DNA of 64,000 bases. Origin: a virus. The DNA lies in the IMG/VR virus record IMGVR_UViG_3300027733_000001; one strand, 5' to 3'. The notes beneath the pieces are model-generated. The model did no database searches. It saw only the letters and a program-made list of their open reading frames with translations, and was not told where the DNA came from. This document shows, in pieces, positions 16,745 through 25,329 of the stretch; within the stretch, counting starts at the first letter, position 1; every line of letters begins with the position of its first letter. Made by a program: the position numbers and the translations under genes.

Positions 16745-18106
16745 TTATAAGTTAGCTTCGGCTTGCTGTGCGAACTGAACAGCTTCTTCTTCAGAAAAGC
16801 CGTAATCCATTGCACGCTTGAATACACCTTCAAGGTATGCAGCCTTCTTTTCTTTGTCGGAAGATTTTCCGGCAGCATGTCCAATAGCTAGACCTGCGGC
16901 CCCGGCACCGATTCCGGTGTAAGTAGCTTTATTTGATCTCAGGTGCTCTTGTGCTCCTGCGGCTGCACTGGCTGCACCTCTTCTAACACCTTCAGTTTTC
17001 TTGCTGATGTAGTTTTTGGCACCTTCAGCTTTATTACTGACGTAATTTTTAGCACCTTCAGTTTTCTTGCCGATATAGTCTTTTGCCCCTGCAGTGGCTT
17101 TAGATGCAGCGCGCATAGTCTTTTTGCCTGCGATTCTAGCTAACTGCTTACCTTTATCATAGAGCCCTTTGTTAGCTGCGTCTTTAACGATAGCTGCAGC
17201 TTCATCTTCTGAGAAACCGTAAGCCAAGGCTTGTTTAAACATACCTTCAAAATAAGCTGCTTCTTTTTCATTATTGGAAGATTTTCCAGCAAGATAGCCT
17301 GCGCCGGCGGCAGTTCCAGCTGCACCTAGAGCAACGGCTGCGGTGCGTCCTGGATGAGTACCAGCACTTAAGGCAGCATCTTCGTAACGCTTCTTTGCTC
17401 CAGCCCTAATATCTTTTGCCTTATCACCAACATACTTAGCAGCTGAGTTGGCTTTGTCTGAAACAGCTTTGCCTACTGCTCTAGACTTGTCTGTAATAGA
17501 CTTACCTACTGCTTTTGATTTATCCGTGACATATTTTCCTGCTGTGCTGGCTTTACCTGCAATATAATTTTTAGCTCCTCTGAATGCGTCACCAATACCG
17601 GCTTCCTTCTTCATAGCGTCGACAGTGGTGGTGAGTGCGTTATCGTACATACCCACTGCTTGATCTACATCAAGACCATAATCTAAAGCCTGCTTAATGA
17701 AACCTTCGATGTAATGCGCAGACTTAACAAAGTCCAAAGCTGCAGCTTTTTCTGGTTCTGCGCCAGGCACCTGAGCTTCTGGGTTCTGAGCCAAATGAGA
17801 TTCAATGTCTTGAGAAAGACCGGCGACATCATCGCCGCCATGGTCAGGGGCGCCTTCTGTAGGATGTCCGCCAGCAGACAGCTGAGAAATCAATTCCTGC
17901 AGTTCTTCAGGAGAAAGCTGAGACAAAAGCTGTTCAACATCAACACCACCAGGACCATCGCCATGGGGATGTTCTTCGCCGCCCACACCCATAGCATGCT
18001 CAAGCTCTTCAGCGCTTGGGGTTTCGGCGGCCTCATGCCCAGGACCTTCTTCGGCCTGTTTGGAGAGGTAGTTAGCGATCAATGATTGGATTTGGTCTTT
18101 TGTCAT
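16745..18106 (-). CDS. Modular internal head protein (K-x-A linkers plus basic 11-mer repeats)
   Basis: Three Y-x-EG-x-[FI]-K-x-A-x-x-YG linkers separating two basic repeat modules. Confidence 0.6.
   Translation of the reverse strand: MTKDQIQSLIANYLSKQAEEGPGHEAAETPSAEELEHAMGVGGEEHPHGDGPGGVDVEQLLSQLSPEELQELISQLSAGGHPTEGAPDHGGDDVAGLSQDIESHLAQNPEAQVPGAEPEKAAALDFVKSAHYIEGFIKQALDYGLDVDQAVGMYDNALTTTVDAMKKEAGIGDAFRGAKNYIAGKASTAGKYVTDKSKAVGKSITDKSRAVGKAVSDKANSAAKYVGDKAKDIRAGAKKRYEDAALSAGTHPGRTAAVALGAAGTAAGAGYLAGKSSNNEKEAAYFEGMFKQALAYGFSEDEAAAIVKDAANKGLYDKGKQLARIAGKKTMRAASKATAGAKDYIGKKTEGAKNYVSNKAEGAKNYISKKTEGVRRGAASAAAGAQEHLRSNKATYTGIGAGAAGLAIGHAAGKSSDKEKKAAYLEGVFKRAMDYGFSEEEAVQFAQQAEANL
16980..17575 (-). 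repeat. Two blocks of basic 11-aa tandem repeats
   Basis: AGKYVTDKSKA/VGKSITDKSRA/VGKAVSDKANS and AKDYIGKKTEG/AKNYVSNKAEG/AKNYISKKTEG. Confidence 0.8.
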
Positions 18107-18128
18107 ATGGGGTCGAGTTATTGTTTAA

Positions 18129-18157
18129 ATGTTAGCTGAATTTTCTGACTATTCCAA
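18129..18157 (-). promoter_or_regulatory. sigma70-type promoter
   Basis: TTGGAA-17-TAACAT. Confidence 0.55.
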
Positions 18158-18164
18158 GTGTTTT

Positions 18165-19604
18165 TTATCGATTTTGAACCAGGGCATTACACATGGTATC
18201 ATAATCGAGCTTATCTTGAGCGTCAAGATAGCGTAACGCAGCGAGTTTATATGATGCGTATTGTTTAGCTAATTGCTTGATTGCTGCCTCCTTAGAAATT
18301 TCGTCCTTGCGCTCTAATTTAGCGTGAGGGAGCCTCTTGACGATAGTGATCTTCATAATACGGCCGTGAACAGGCTTATCGAATAATGAATGATCATCGA
18401 AAAGATTGCGAACTATTTTTAGTAAATCTTTAGGTACACTGTGACTGTGTGAGGGTTCATATTTATCTTCGTTGACTTCCTCATCACCATCTTCTTCCAT
18501 GTCAGAAAACATAGAAGGAAGATGTTGGCGTATTTTACTAAACATGTCTTCAGATTTATGACCCATCGATTTAGCGCCAAACAGGTACTTAACAAAGTCT
18601 TCAGGGGAGAAGATAATTCCTTGATCTGCAAGAGCCTTCAACAACTGTGAGGGTTCAAATTTACGCAACTCACTCATTGTATCTTCCGATATATTATCAG
18701 AATGCTTCAGCTTCGATTTTTGTTCAGCAATATACTTCTCTGAAGAATCTTTAGGTCCCTGTTTAGCGATTCCGTCGATATGCTTTTCAATAGCTGCAAG
18801 TTTTTTAACCAGGTTACGTTTCTCTTCCGCATACTTAGATATGCGCAGCACACCTTCATCATCGTCAGGTACTACAAATCCTGGATATAGGGTTTTATAG
18901 TCGCTAGCTGTTTTGATGTATGTATTGTCTGAAGCCAGTTTAAGTGACATACCTATACGATCTGCGGGACGCCCTACGATAGACAATTCGAACCAGCGTG
19001 GATTAATGTTATCCATACTGCACATCTCTCCCTGCTTGTTTATCTCACCAAGACTTTTCGGGATATGTTCACAACGATGATTGTCTGTCTTGGCTTCGTG
19101 TCCGCACCAGGTGCACTTATCATAGGCTACCTTAGCAGCCATACTCACATTAATCTGTTTACCTTCAGCCAGTTTTTGAATTTCTTCTGCACACTTGTCG
19201 TTATCCATTCCGATAACCAACTCAATGCGCTTCATCTTACTATTATATGCGGCGGCCTTGATGTTTCCGTACTTAGGGTCTTCAGGCTTATTCTTGTGGT
19301 GGCGGTTTAAAGCTCTACCATCATACTTACCGTCTTTCTTGCTTCCGGATTTGATGAATGTTTTGTAGTGCTGAATACAGGCGGCTTCCTTGAAGATGTC
19401 GCCATTTCTATTTGCTCCTGTACCCTCATACGCCCCCAAAGCGATAACCAAAGCATCTGTCTGGCCTGCAGTCTTCTCGACGCGAAGCTCGGAGTTATCT
19501 GAGCCTGCCTTGGTTAGGGTGTTGACGTTATGAATCAACTGAACAGGATCCACATCCCAGTTCCAGTCTTGTGTGGCACTGAATTTAATTAATCCTTTGT
19601 ACAT
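18165..19604 (-). CDS. Prohead (capsid maturation) protease, assemblin/HK97-type, with Zn-finger insert and C-terminal extension
   Basis: NRNGDIF, NRHHKN (His), INVSMAAKV (Ser nucleophile), CTWC...C.H insert, FELSIVGRPAD; upstream of scaffold and MCP. Confidence 0.75.
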   Translation of the reverse strand: MYKGLIKFSATQDWNWDVDPVQLIHNVNTLTKAGSDNSELRVEKTAGQTDALVIALGAYEGTGANRNGDIFKEAACIQHYKTFIKSGSKKDGKYDGRALNRHHKNKPEDPKYGNIKAAAYNSKMKRIELVIGMDNDKCAEEIQKLAEGKQINVSMAAKVAYDKCTWCGHEAKTDNHRCEHIPKSLGEINKQGEMCSMDNINPRWFELSIVGRPADRIGMSLKLASDNTYIKTASDYKTLYPGFVVPDDDEGVLRISKYAEEKRNLVKKLAAIEKHIDGIAKQGPKDSSEKYIAEQKSKLKHSDNISEDTMSELRKFEPSQLLKALADQGIIFSPEDFVKYLFGAKSMGHKSEDMFSKIRQHLPSMFSDMEEDGDEEVNEDKYEPSHSHSVPKDLLKIVRNLFDDHSLFDKPVHGRIMKITIVKRLPHAKLERKDEISKEAAIKQLAKQYASYKLAALRYLDAQDKLDYDTMCNALVQNR

Positions 19605-19606
19605 AT

Positions 19607-20932
19607 TTATTGTATCTTGTCTGCTCCTTCAAAATCTCCTCCAGACTGAAGCAGAGTCTTTTTCCAGTCCTTAATCTGATCCTCAGAATAGGCTTTGTCC
19701 TGGATAGCTTTGATTAATTTGTAGAGGCCTGCTCCTCCTGCGGCGATACCAGCTCCCGCCAATAAAGGTGTTCTATGGCGAACTAAAGATCTCCTCAATC
19801 CTGATGCCTGATGTTTAAGGTCATTGGCTCTGGCATAACCTGTATCCATGATGGCACGCATACGAGGACTGTTAGGATCTATACCTAGATTGTGAGCTAG
19901 AATATTTTTTGTCAGTTCTCTATCTAGCGGTCCAGAGGATGACATATGTCTCTTCTCTAGAAGATCCATAGCTCCCTGGTCTTGACTAGGTGCAAAATAT
20001 TTACGGAACCAATTTTGTAGGCGGCCTCCTTCCTTACCTGCAGTATTCAAGCTCTCTCCCCAATATTTTCCAAACCCTCCTTTTTGCTTAGCGTCCTGCA
20101 ACGAGTGATGTAGGTCTACATGTTTACCTAATCCCTGGAAACCCTGACTAGCATGCGCTTCATCTACAATTTTTTTAATAGCTGCTTCGCGCTCAGCCAG
20201 CTGAACTTTATGCAATGCTTCGGCAGAGGCTCTTTGTTCTTTGAGATGGCCAGATCTAGCTTGTTGAACTTTAGGGTCGAGGTGCGATACTTCGGTAGCG
20301 CTGTCGATAGCCTGCATCTTACCTTTATGTAGCTCCTCTAAATCTTTTTTAGCTTGGACTGCTGCGTTATACTTGGCGCTGAAACTTTCTGGAGTAGCAG
20401 GGTCTAGTTTTTCTAGACGGTCAATCAAGTTTAGTCTGGTTCCAGGAGTCTTTTCCATATCGCCGAAAATATCAGCGATATCAGGAGCAACTGGACTGTC
20501 TTTTTTAGCATGCAACGCATCTAATGGATGTTTGCGGTCTACACCAGGATTCTTTTCCCGAGACATACTGGCCGGCTCGGTTTTCTTCATGTTTTTGTGC
20601 TGAGTAAGCAAATTAGAAGCTATTCCCAGACCGGCGACACCTGCACCAATACCTGCAGAATTCTTCAATGCGTCTGTAATTACAGCCTGGGCAGGATGAG
20701 CATCATAGAAGGTTTCGCCAGAGTTTTGCTTCAACCCTGTCAGATACTCCAAACCTACCAAACCCTTACGTACATCTTCATTAAGACCTTTTATATTTTC
20801 TGCGTCTGCACCTGTAGCCTGAGCATCAATATCTGAAGAAATCAGGGGCTTGACCGCCTTGTACAGGTCTGAGTTTGTGCCTGAATCTGGGTCGTTTAAT
20901 GCTTTCCTAAATTGAGTATCTTTGAGATTCAT
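19607..20932 (-). CDS. Hypothetical probable virion protein
   Basis: 441 aa with two Gly/Ala-rich hydrophobic stretches (GIGAGVAGLG, LLAGAGIAAGGAG). Confidence 0.55.
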   Translation of the reverse strand: MNLKDTQFRKALNDPDSGTNSDLYKAVKPLISSDIDAQATGADAENIKGLNEDVRKGLVGLEYLTGLKQNSGETFYDAHPAQAVITDALKNSAGIGAGVAGLGIASNLLTQHKNMKKTEPASMSREKNPGVDRKHPLDALHAKKDSPVAPDIADIFGDMEKTPGTRLNLIDRLEKLDPATPESFSAKYNAAVQAKKDLEELHKGKMQAIDSATEVSHLDPKVQQARSGHLKEQRASAEALHKVQLAEREAAIKKIVDEAHASQGFQGLGKHVDLHHSLQDAKQKGGFGKYWGESLNTAGKEGGRLQNWFRKYFAPSQDQGAMDLLEKRHMSSSGPLDRELTKNILAHNLGIDPNSPRMRAIMDTGYARANDLKHQASGLRRSLVRHRTPLLAGAGIAAGGAGLYKLIKAIQDKAYSEDQIKDWKKTLLQSGGDFEGADKIQ

Positions 20933-20950
20933 ATTTATTAAAATTGCGGG

Positions 20951-21256
20951 TTACTGCTGTGTGCTAGGAAGCAACCTGCTAGTCACAGCATCTGTAACCG
21001 GCATCATAGCCATATGCAATCCTGTCTGCGCAATATTTCCTTTAACTCCAGGAGCAGCTAATACATTGTTCGCCTTTGTTGCGACATTCCCTAAAAGACC
21101 TTTATTCTTCATAAGCCTAGGTAAAAGTCTAGAGCTGACTAGGCTTGAAGCGACCATAGGGGCAACCATCTGAGTTAATTGAGGAATGAAAGCTTCTTTC
21201 TCAAGAGCGCACTTGCGCATGCCTCGCATAAAAGCTTGTTCAAATTCGTTATCCAT
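20951..21256 (-). CDS. Small K-x-A protein
   Basis: MDNEFEQAFMRGMRKCALEKEAF then Met-rich amphipathic region. Confidence 0.6.
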   Translation of the reverse strand: MDNEFEQAFMRGMRKCALEKEAFIPQLTQMVAPMVASSLVSSRLLPRLMKNKGLLGNVATKANNVLAAPGVKGNIAQTGLHMAMMPVTDAVTSRLLPSTQQ

Positions 21257-21260
21257 ACTC

Positions 21261-21647
21261 TTAATTCAGGGTTACTACTCTTTCTCCGGAAAATGTATCA
21301 GTCAAGGAGCGTAATGCAGTGAATGCTGCTTGATACCTGGAAATAAAGGTATCTTCATACAGTAATGCTTTGGCCTGTGTGTTAGTCATGAAGTCAGCCG
21401 ACTTCGCATCAAACAACTGAGTATAGGGCATGTCTGTACGTACAAGAATAAATGCTTCAGGTAATGTATAAGAGAAAGCAGTAGGGTAGGTAGGATCTGC
21501 AAAAGTTCCACCTACATTGATTGTAGGTTCCCCGAACTTACGCATCAACTCTTTATCGCTTTCGGGAAGAGCCGCCAGATCTAGCGAAAAGGTGATGCTC
21601 CAGATTTCATTAACTATAGATCTTTTGATTCTTAATAGCGTAGCCAT
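21261..21647 (-). CDS. Hypothetical protein
   Basis: 128 aa, tightly packed in operon. Confidence 0.6.
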   Translation of the reverse strand: MATLLRIKRSIVNEIWSITFSLDLAALPESDKELMRKFGEPTINVGGTFADPTYPTAFSYTLPEAFILVRTDMPYTQLFDAKSADFMTNTQAKALLYEDTFISRYQAAFTALRSLTDTFSGERVVTLN

Positions 21648-21650
21648 ACA

Positions 21651-23102
21651 TTAAATTCTAAATTGTTCGATGTTGCCTTTGTTAAACTCGGTAGTTGCGA
21701 TGCGGCGTTTAAGCATACCTACATCCAGCTTGGTCAACTGATCTGCTTCAAAAGTGCTAAGAGCCTGTGCAGACACCATTGCTCGCAAGTTAGCGCGAAC
21801 AACTTCCTTCTCTTTAGAGATCTCTGGAGATAATCGAAGAATCTGCTCAAAAGCTCTAACCACTTTAACTGGGTTAACTTTAGAGAGGATTGGATCGGTG
21901 TGCATCAATTCCTGTAACAGAAGCTTACGCTCCATGTTGTCCAGGGTTAGATTAGTTGATGCGCCGAACGGAGCCTGTTTTTTTTTAAACCCGGCGTTAA
22001 ATGCCTCGGTCACAGGCTCCCGTAACAACTCCCCCAATAAACTACGTGATCCCCCAAAGGCCTCCTTTTCCATGGCCTGCTTAACGACAGGATCTTCAGT
22101 ATAGCTTCCTCCGACAACATAAGACGAGTCGGCTGCCTTTTTCTGCATCTCGACTAATACAGGGTCTGTATATTCTTCGTCGACCTGCGCTACAGCTGCA
22201 GCTTTCTCAGGCATGCTTGCTTTAGTCGCTGTAATGTTGCACAAAGAGGCAGCTTTACCCATAGCTATGTGGCAATCTTTCAGGTAGGCATTCTCAAACG
22301 CTAAATTTTCGTCGGCTTCTGCAGCCTGTTTTTCGGTAGTTACAAGCGCCTCGCCAGCCTTCATCAATTCATCGAACATTGCGGCTTCTTTGCACTGATC
22401 AAACATCATATAGCCTGAATCGTGAACGCCGCGCTCTTCGGTAGGGCAGGCTAGCTTATGAAGAAGGTCGAGATAGGGTTCTGAGGCAGAACCGTGCTTT
22501 GCAAAAACCTGCGATTCAAATTCTTCAAAAGATGTGCGGTGCCCTTCATCTCTCCTAAATGTGTCCGACAAATTACAAAACTTCTCATTTAGAGAAATCT
22601 CCGCAGCTGTTTTATCTACAGCTGCCTGAGCTGCAGTTTTTTGAAGTCGATCAATGTAGTTGGCAGATTTCTGATAGATTGTGTTGAGCGTCACGCTATT
22701 TGGTTCATCGTTTCCTTCAGCTGAAGCAATCTCCAAAAAAGCGCGCTTATATACAGGGTTGCTCAACATACGGTTGTAGTTAAACACCGTATCTGTCAAA
22801 TCACTGACTGAAAAGTTCTCTGCAGCATATTCTGCGGCTGTCTTTTCTGTGCATGCAAAAGTATCTTCTATGGCTTTACCGATATCAGCAATTTCAAACT
22901 CAGCAGAACGATCGGAAGCAGATTTAAAGTGCTTGTAGTGTAATGCAACGTTTAATGCTTCTCCAGTGCGCTGAATATAGTTCGGATTAAGATCTAGTTC
23001 ATTAGCCACCTTCTTTAATGCCTCTGTTGGAGACACCCCCGAATTTACCTGCTGCACTGCCTCGGTCAGTGCTGTTTTAATGAGAATATTTGGCTCTTCC
23101 AT
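21651..23102 (-). CDS. K-x-A-rich helical probable virion protein
   Basis: 483 aa with many KTA/KSA/KQA/KEA/KAA sites. Confidence 0.6.
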   Translation of the reverse strand: MEEPNILIKTALTEAVQQVNSGVSPTEALKKVANELDLNPNYIQRTGEALNVALHYKHFKSASDRSAEFEIADIGKAIEDTFACTEKTAAEYAAENFSVSDLTDTVFNYNRMLSNPVYKRAFLEIASAEGNDEPNSVTLNTIYQKSANYIDRLQKTAAQAAVDKTAAEISLNEKFCNLSDTFRRDEGHRTSFEEFESQVFAKHGSASEPYLDLLHKLACPTEERGVHDSGYMMFDQCKEAAMFDELMKAGEALVTTEKQAAEADENLAFENAYLKDCHIAMGKAASLCNITATKASMPEKAAAVAQVDEEYTDPVLVEMQKKAADSSYVVGGSYTEDPVVKQAMEKEAFGGSRSLLGELLREPVTEAFNAGFKKKQAPFGASTNLTLDNMERKLLLQELMHTDPILSKVNPVKVVRAFEQILRLSPEISKEKEVVRANLRAMVSAQALSTFEADQLTKLDVGMLKRRIATTEFNKGNIEQFRI

Positions 23103-23137
23103 AAGTTATTGTTACCATTTATAGCACGTTTCGGATA

Positions 23138-24220
23138 CTAGTTCAATTCTGTAATTAATTTATATTCCGGAGTGGGGTTATCCTTCAATGCAAGTTTGGA
23201 TATGAGCTCCATTGCAATTCGATCTTCTTCCTGCAGGCCTGTGTCGTAGTCGGTACGGTCATTCACAATTCTGGCAGTGCTAGCGTCCAGATTTCTAACT
23301 TTAGACCTATAGTAATTGATCTCTTCCCTCTTGATAAAGAAAGAGGCTAAGTTGTTTATCACACCATTATATGCCAGAGCGTCCTTCTTGTCCTCTATTG
23401 CAAAATACAACGAGGCAACATTATCAACCATTGAGTCCGCGAGATACGCATTCAATTTATCTTTCTCGTCTATCGACAGACATGAGGGATCTACCCCGGC
23501 CTTAAGACCTAGCTCACCTAGAGAGCCTATAATTTTGAAATACCTCCTATCGACATCACTTATAATCTGATTGTCGGCTAGCTGAGTGAAATATGCCGAC
23601 CTCGCTACCACATCTGTGGGAGCGCTAGAGAAGTCAAAAAACAGCTCACGAATAGCTTTTACTTGAGTAGGGTAAAGCTTGTGTCTGTAAGCTATAGCAA
23701 CATCCGATAAACCTGCAAATATGCAATAACCTATAACACAAAAAGTTCTCTGGTGTTCTGGTGAATTTCTATATTTGACTGCAAACTCGTACTCAGGAGA
23801 ATACTCTAGCTTTATCACGTGACGCAAAAAATTCTGCAGAGGCTTATCAGTAATCAGTGCAATATGTTTCTCGTTCCAAACTTCTACATCTTCGTTATAG
23901 GTAGGAATGAAAATTTTTTTATCTCCCTGCTGACGAAGTTTGTCATTAAATAGCTTGTAGAAGGTGTGCTTTTGCTCAGCGGTCATTTTCTCAAGAGCCT
24001 TCTTAAAGAAAGGGGTGAATGAGAATATCACCGTGGATCTTTCGGCCAGTTCTTTATGATCGTGCAGGTAACGCTTCAAGCATCCTGCACCACTGTCTGG
24101 TTTTCTGCGGCAATAGGCTAGATTAGCTCTATGCGGTTCCAGATAGATCAAATAGCGCCAATTAGGGAAGTTGTAAAATGACCCTACCTGATTAAGTCTA
24201 ATGGGGGCCAAGGTTTTCAT
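23138..24220 (-). CDS. Hypothetical helical protein with possible HTH
   Basis: 360 aa; GLSDVAIAYRHKLYPTQVKAIRELFF resembles a helix-turn-helix; aromatic-rich, unlike neighbours. Confidence 0.5.
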   Translation of the reverse strand: MKTLAPIRLNQVGSFYNFPNWRYLIYLEPHRANLAYCRRKPDSGAGCLKRYLHDHKELAERSTVIFSFTPFFKKALEKMTAEQKHTFYKLFNDKLRQQGDKKIFIPTYNEDVEVWNEKHIALITDKPLQNFLRHVIKLEYSPEYEFAVKYRNSPEHQRTFCVIGYCIFAGLSDVAIAYRHKLYPTQVKAIRELFFDFSSAPTDVVARSAYFTQLADNQIISDVDRRYFKIIGSLGELGLKAGVDPSCLSIDEKDKLNAYLADSMVDNVASLYFAIEDKKDALAYNGVINNLASFFIKREEINYYRSKVRNLDASTARIVNDRTDYDTGLQEEDRIAMELISKLALKDNPTPEYKLITELN

Positions 24221-25316
24221 ACTCGTCTACCAATGGGTTATTTGAGGACAAGGCTCCTGCTAATCCTCCAAAGCCTGCACCCCAAGCCGTAGCCATCGGA
24301 ACGTCCTTTTTGATATGAGAACGTATCGTGCTCCCTACCCCATTCATTAACGGATTAGTATTGGCGTTAGCCTTCAAAAAGCTATTTATTCTAGCTGAGC
24401 CTACGTTCGGGATCTTGGAGGCTAATCGTCCTAGGGCATTTGCGGAAAACTTACCTGCGCCTGAAAGAACTGCAGGAATTATGGCTGTTGGTAATGCAGT
24501 GAGTGCTCCTAGGCCTGTACCTAACAAAGTGTTCTTTATTCTTTGCGTGTTAGTTAGAGGTGTTTCACTTTTACGCTGACGAATAGCGCTCAACATTTCG
24601 GCTGCAGGCAAACTAGTAATGTATGGGTCTTTTTGCATGACCTGCTTTGCTTCCTGCAGGGCATCATCGGATAGCTCATAGTTACCTGCAAGCATAGGGA
24701 CAGCTACACCAGCTGCCCCTGTCAAAACACCTGAGGCCAGGGCATTATTGGCTACATCTTTTACTGTGTTTTTAAGGTGGGCTTTATGCCTTGCTTTAGC
24801 CAACCACCACTGGTTTGCACCAGGCAGCTGGTTTTTTCCGTATCCTCCAGCATTTGGAAGTGCGTGCGCTTTTGTGGAGATAAGCTTTTTAATTGCCTGA
24901 ATCGGGGCAACGGGGGACTGCAGCTTCCATGAGTTTTCTTTAAAGGGGGATCTAATACCTAACAGTGCCGAAGCTAGACCGAAAGTTAATCCTGCTTTAG
25001 CAGATTCCGGTACAAGATGTGTAACGTTGTGCCACATCTCTCCAAGCAATTTAGATTTAGACTTCTTGGAGGCTTTGATCCTTTCGATAGCTGCATCAAT
25101 CTGCTTATCTCTTTCCTCTGGATCTTTTGAAATGATGGCTGCGGTAGGAAGAACGTTTTTAAGTATTGGAGCTACAGCTCTGGCTGATCCTGGTAAGTCT
25201 TCTGCGATATCTGTATAAGCGTACCTTTTAGGGTCGCTATAAAACATGTTCTCCCGCAGCAGCTTCAAGGCTACCAGCCTATCCTGATATGATGTTCCCT
25301 GTGGTGCTTCAGGCAT
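24198..25316 (-). CDS. Gly/Ala-rich probable virion/ejection protein
   Basis: 372 aa with several GxxxG hydrophobic segments. Confidence 0.55.
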   Translation of the reverse strand: MPEAPQGTSYQDRLVALKLLRENMFYSDPKRYAYTDIAEDLPGSARAVAPILKNVLPTAAIISKDPEERDKQIDAAIERIKASKKSKSKLLGEMWHNVTHLVPESAKAGLTFGLASALLGIRSPFKENSWKLQSPVAPIQAIKKLISTKAHALPNAGGYGKNQLPGANQWWLAKARHKAHLKNTVKDVANNALASGVLTGAAGVAVPMLAGNYELSDDALQEAKQVMQKDPYITSLPAAEMLSAIRQRKSETPLTNTQRIKNTLLGTGLGALTALPTAIIPAVLSGAGKFSANALGRLASKIPNVGSARINSFLKANANTNPLMNGVGSTIRSHIKKDVPMATAWGAGFGGLAGALSSNNPLVDEYENLGPH

Positions 25317-25329
25317 ACCTTAAGATATG

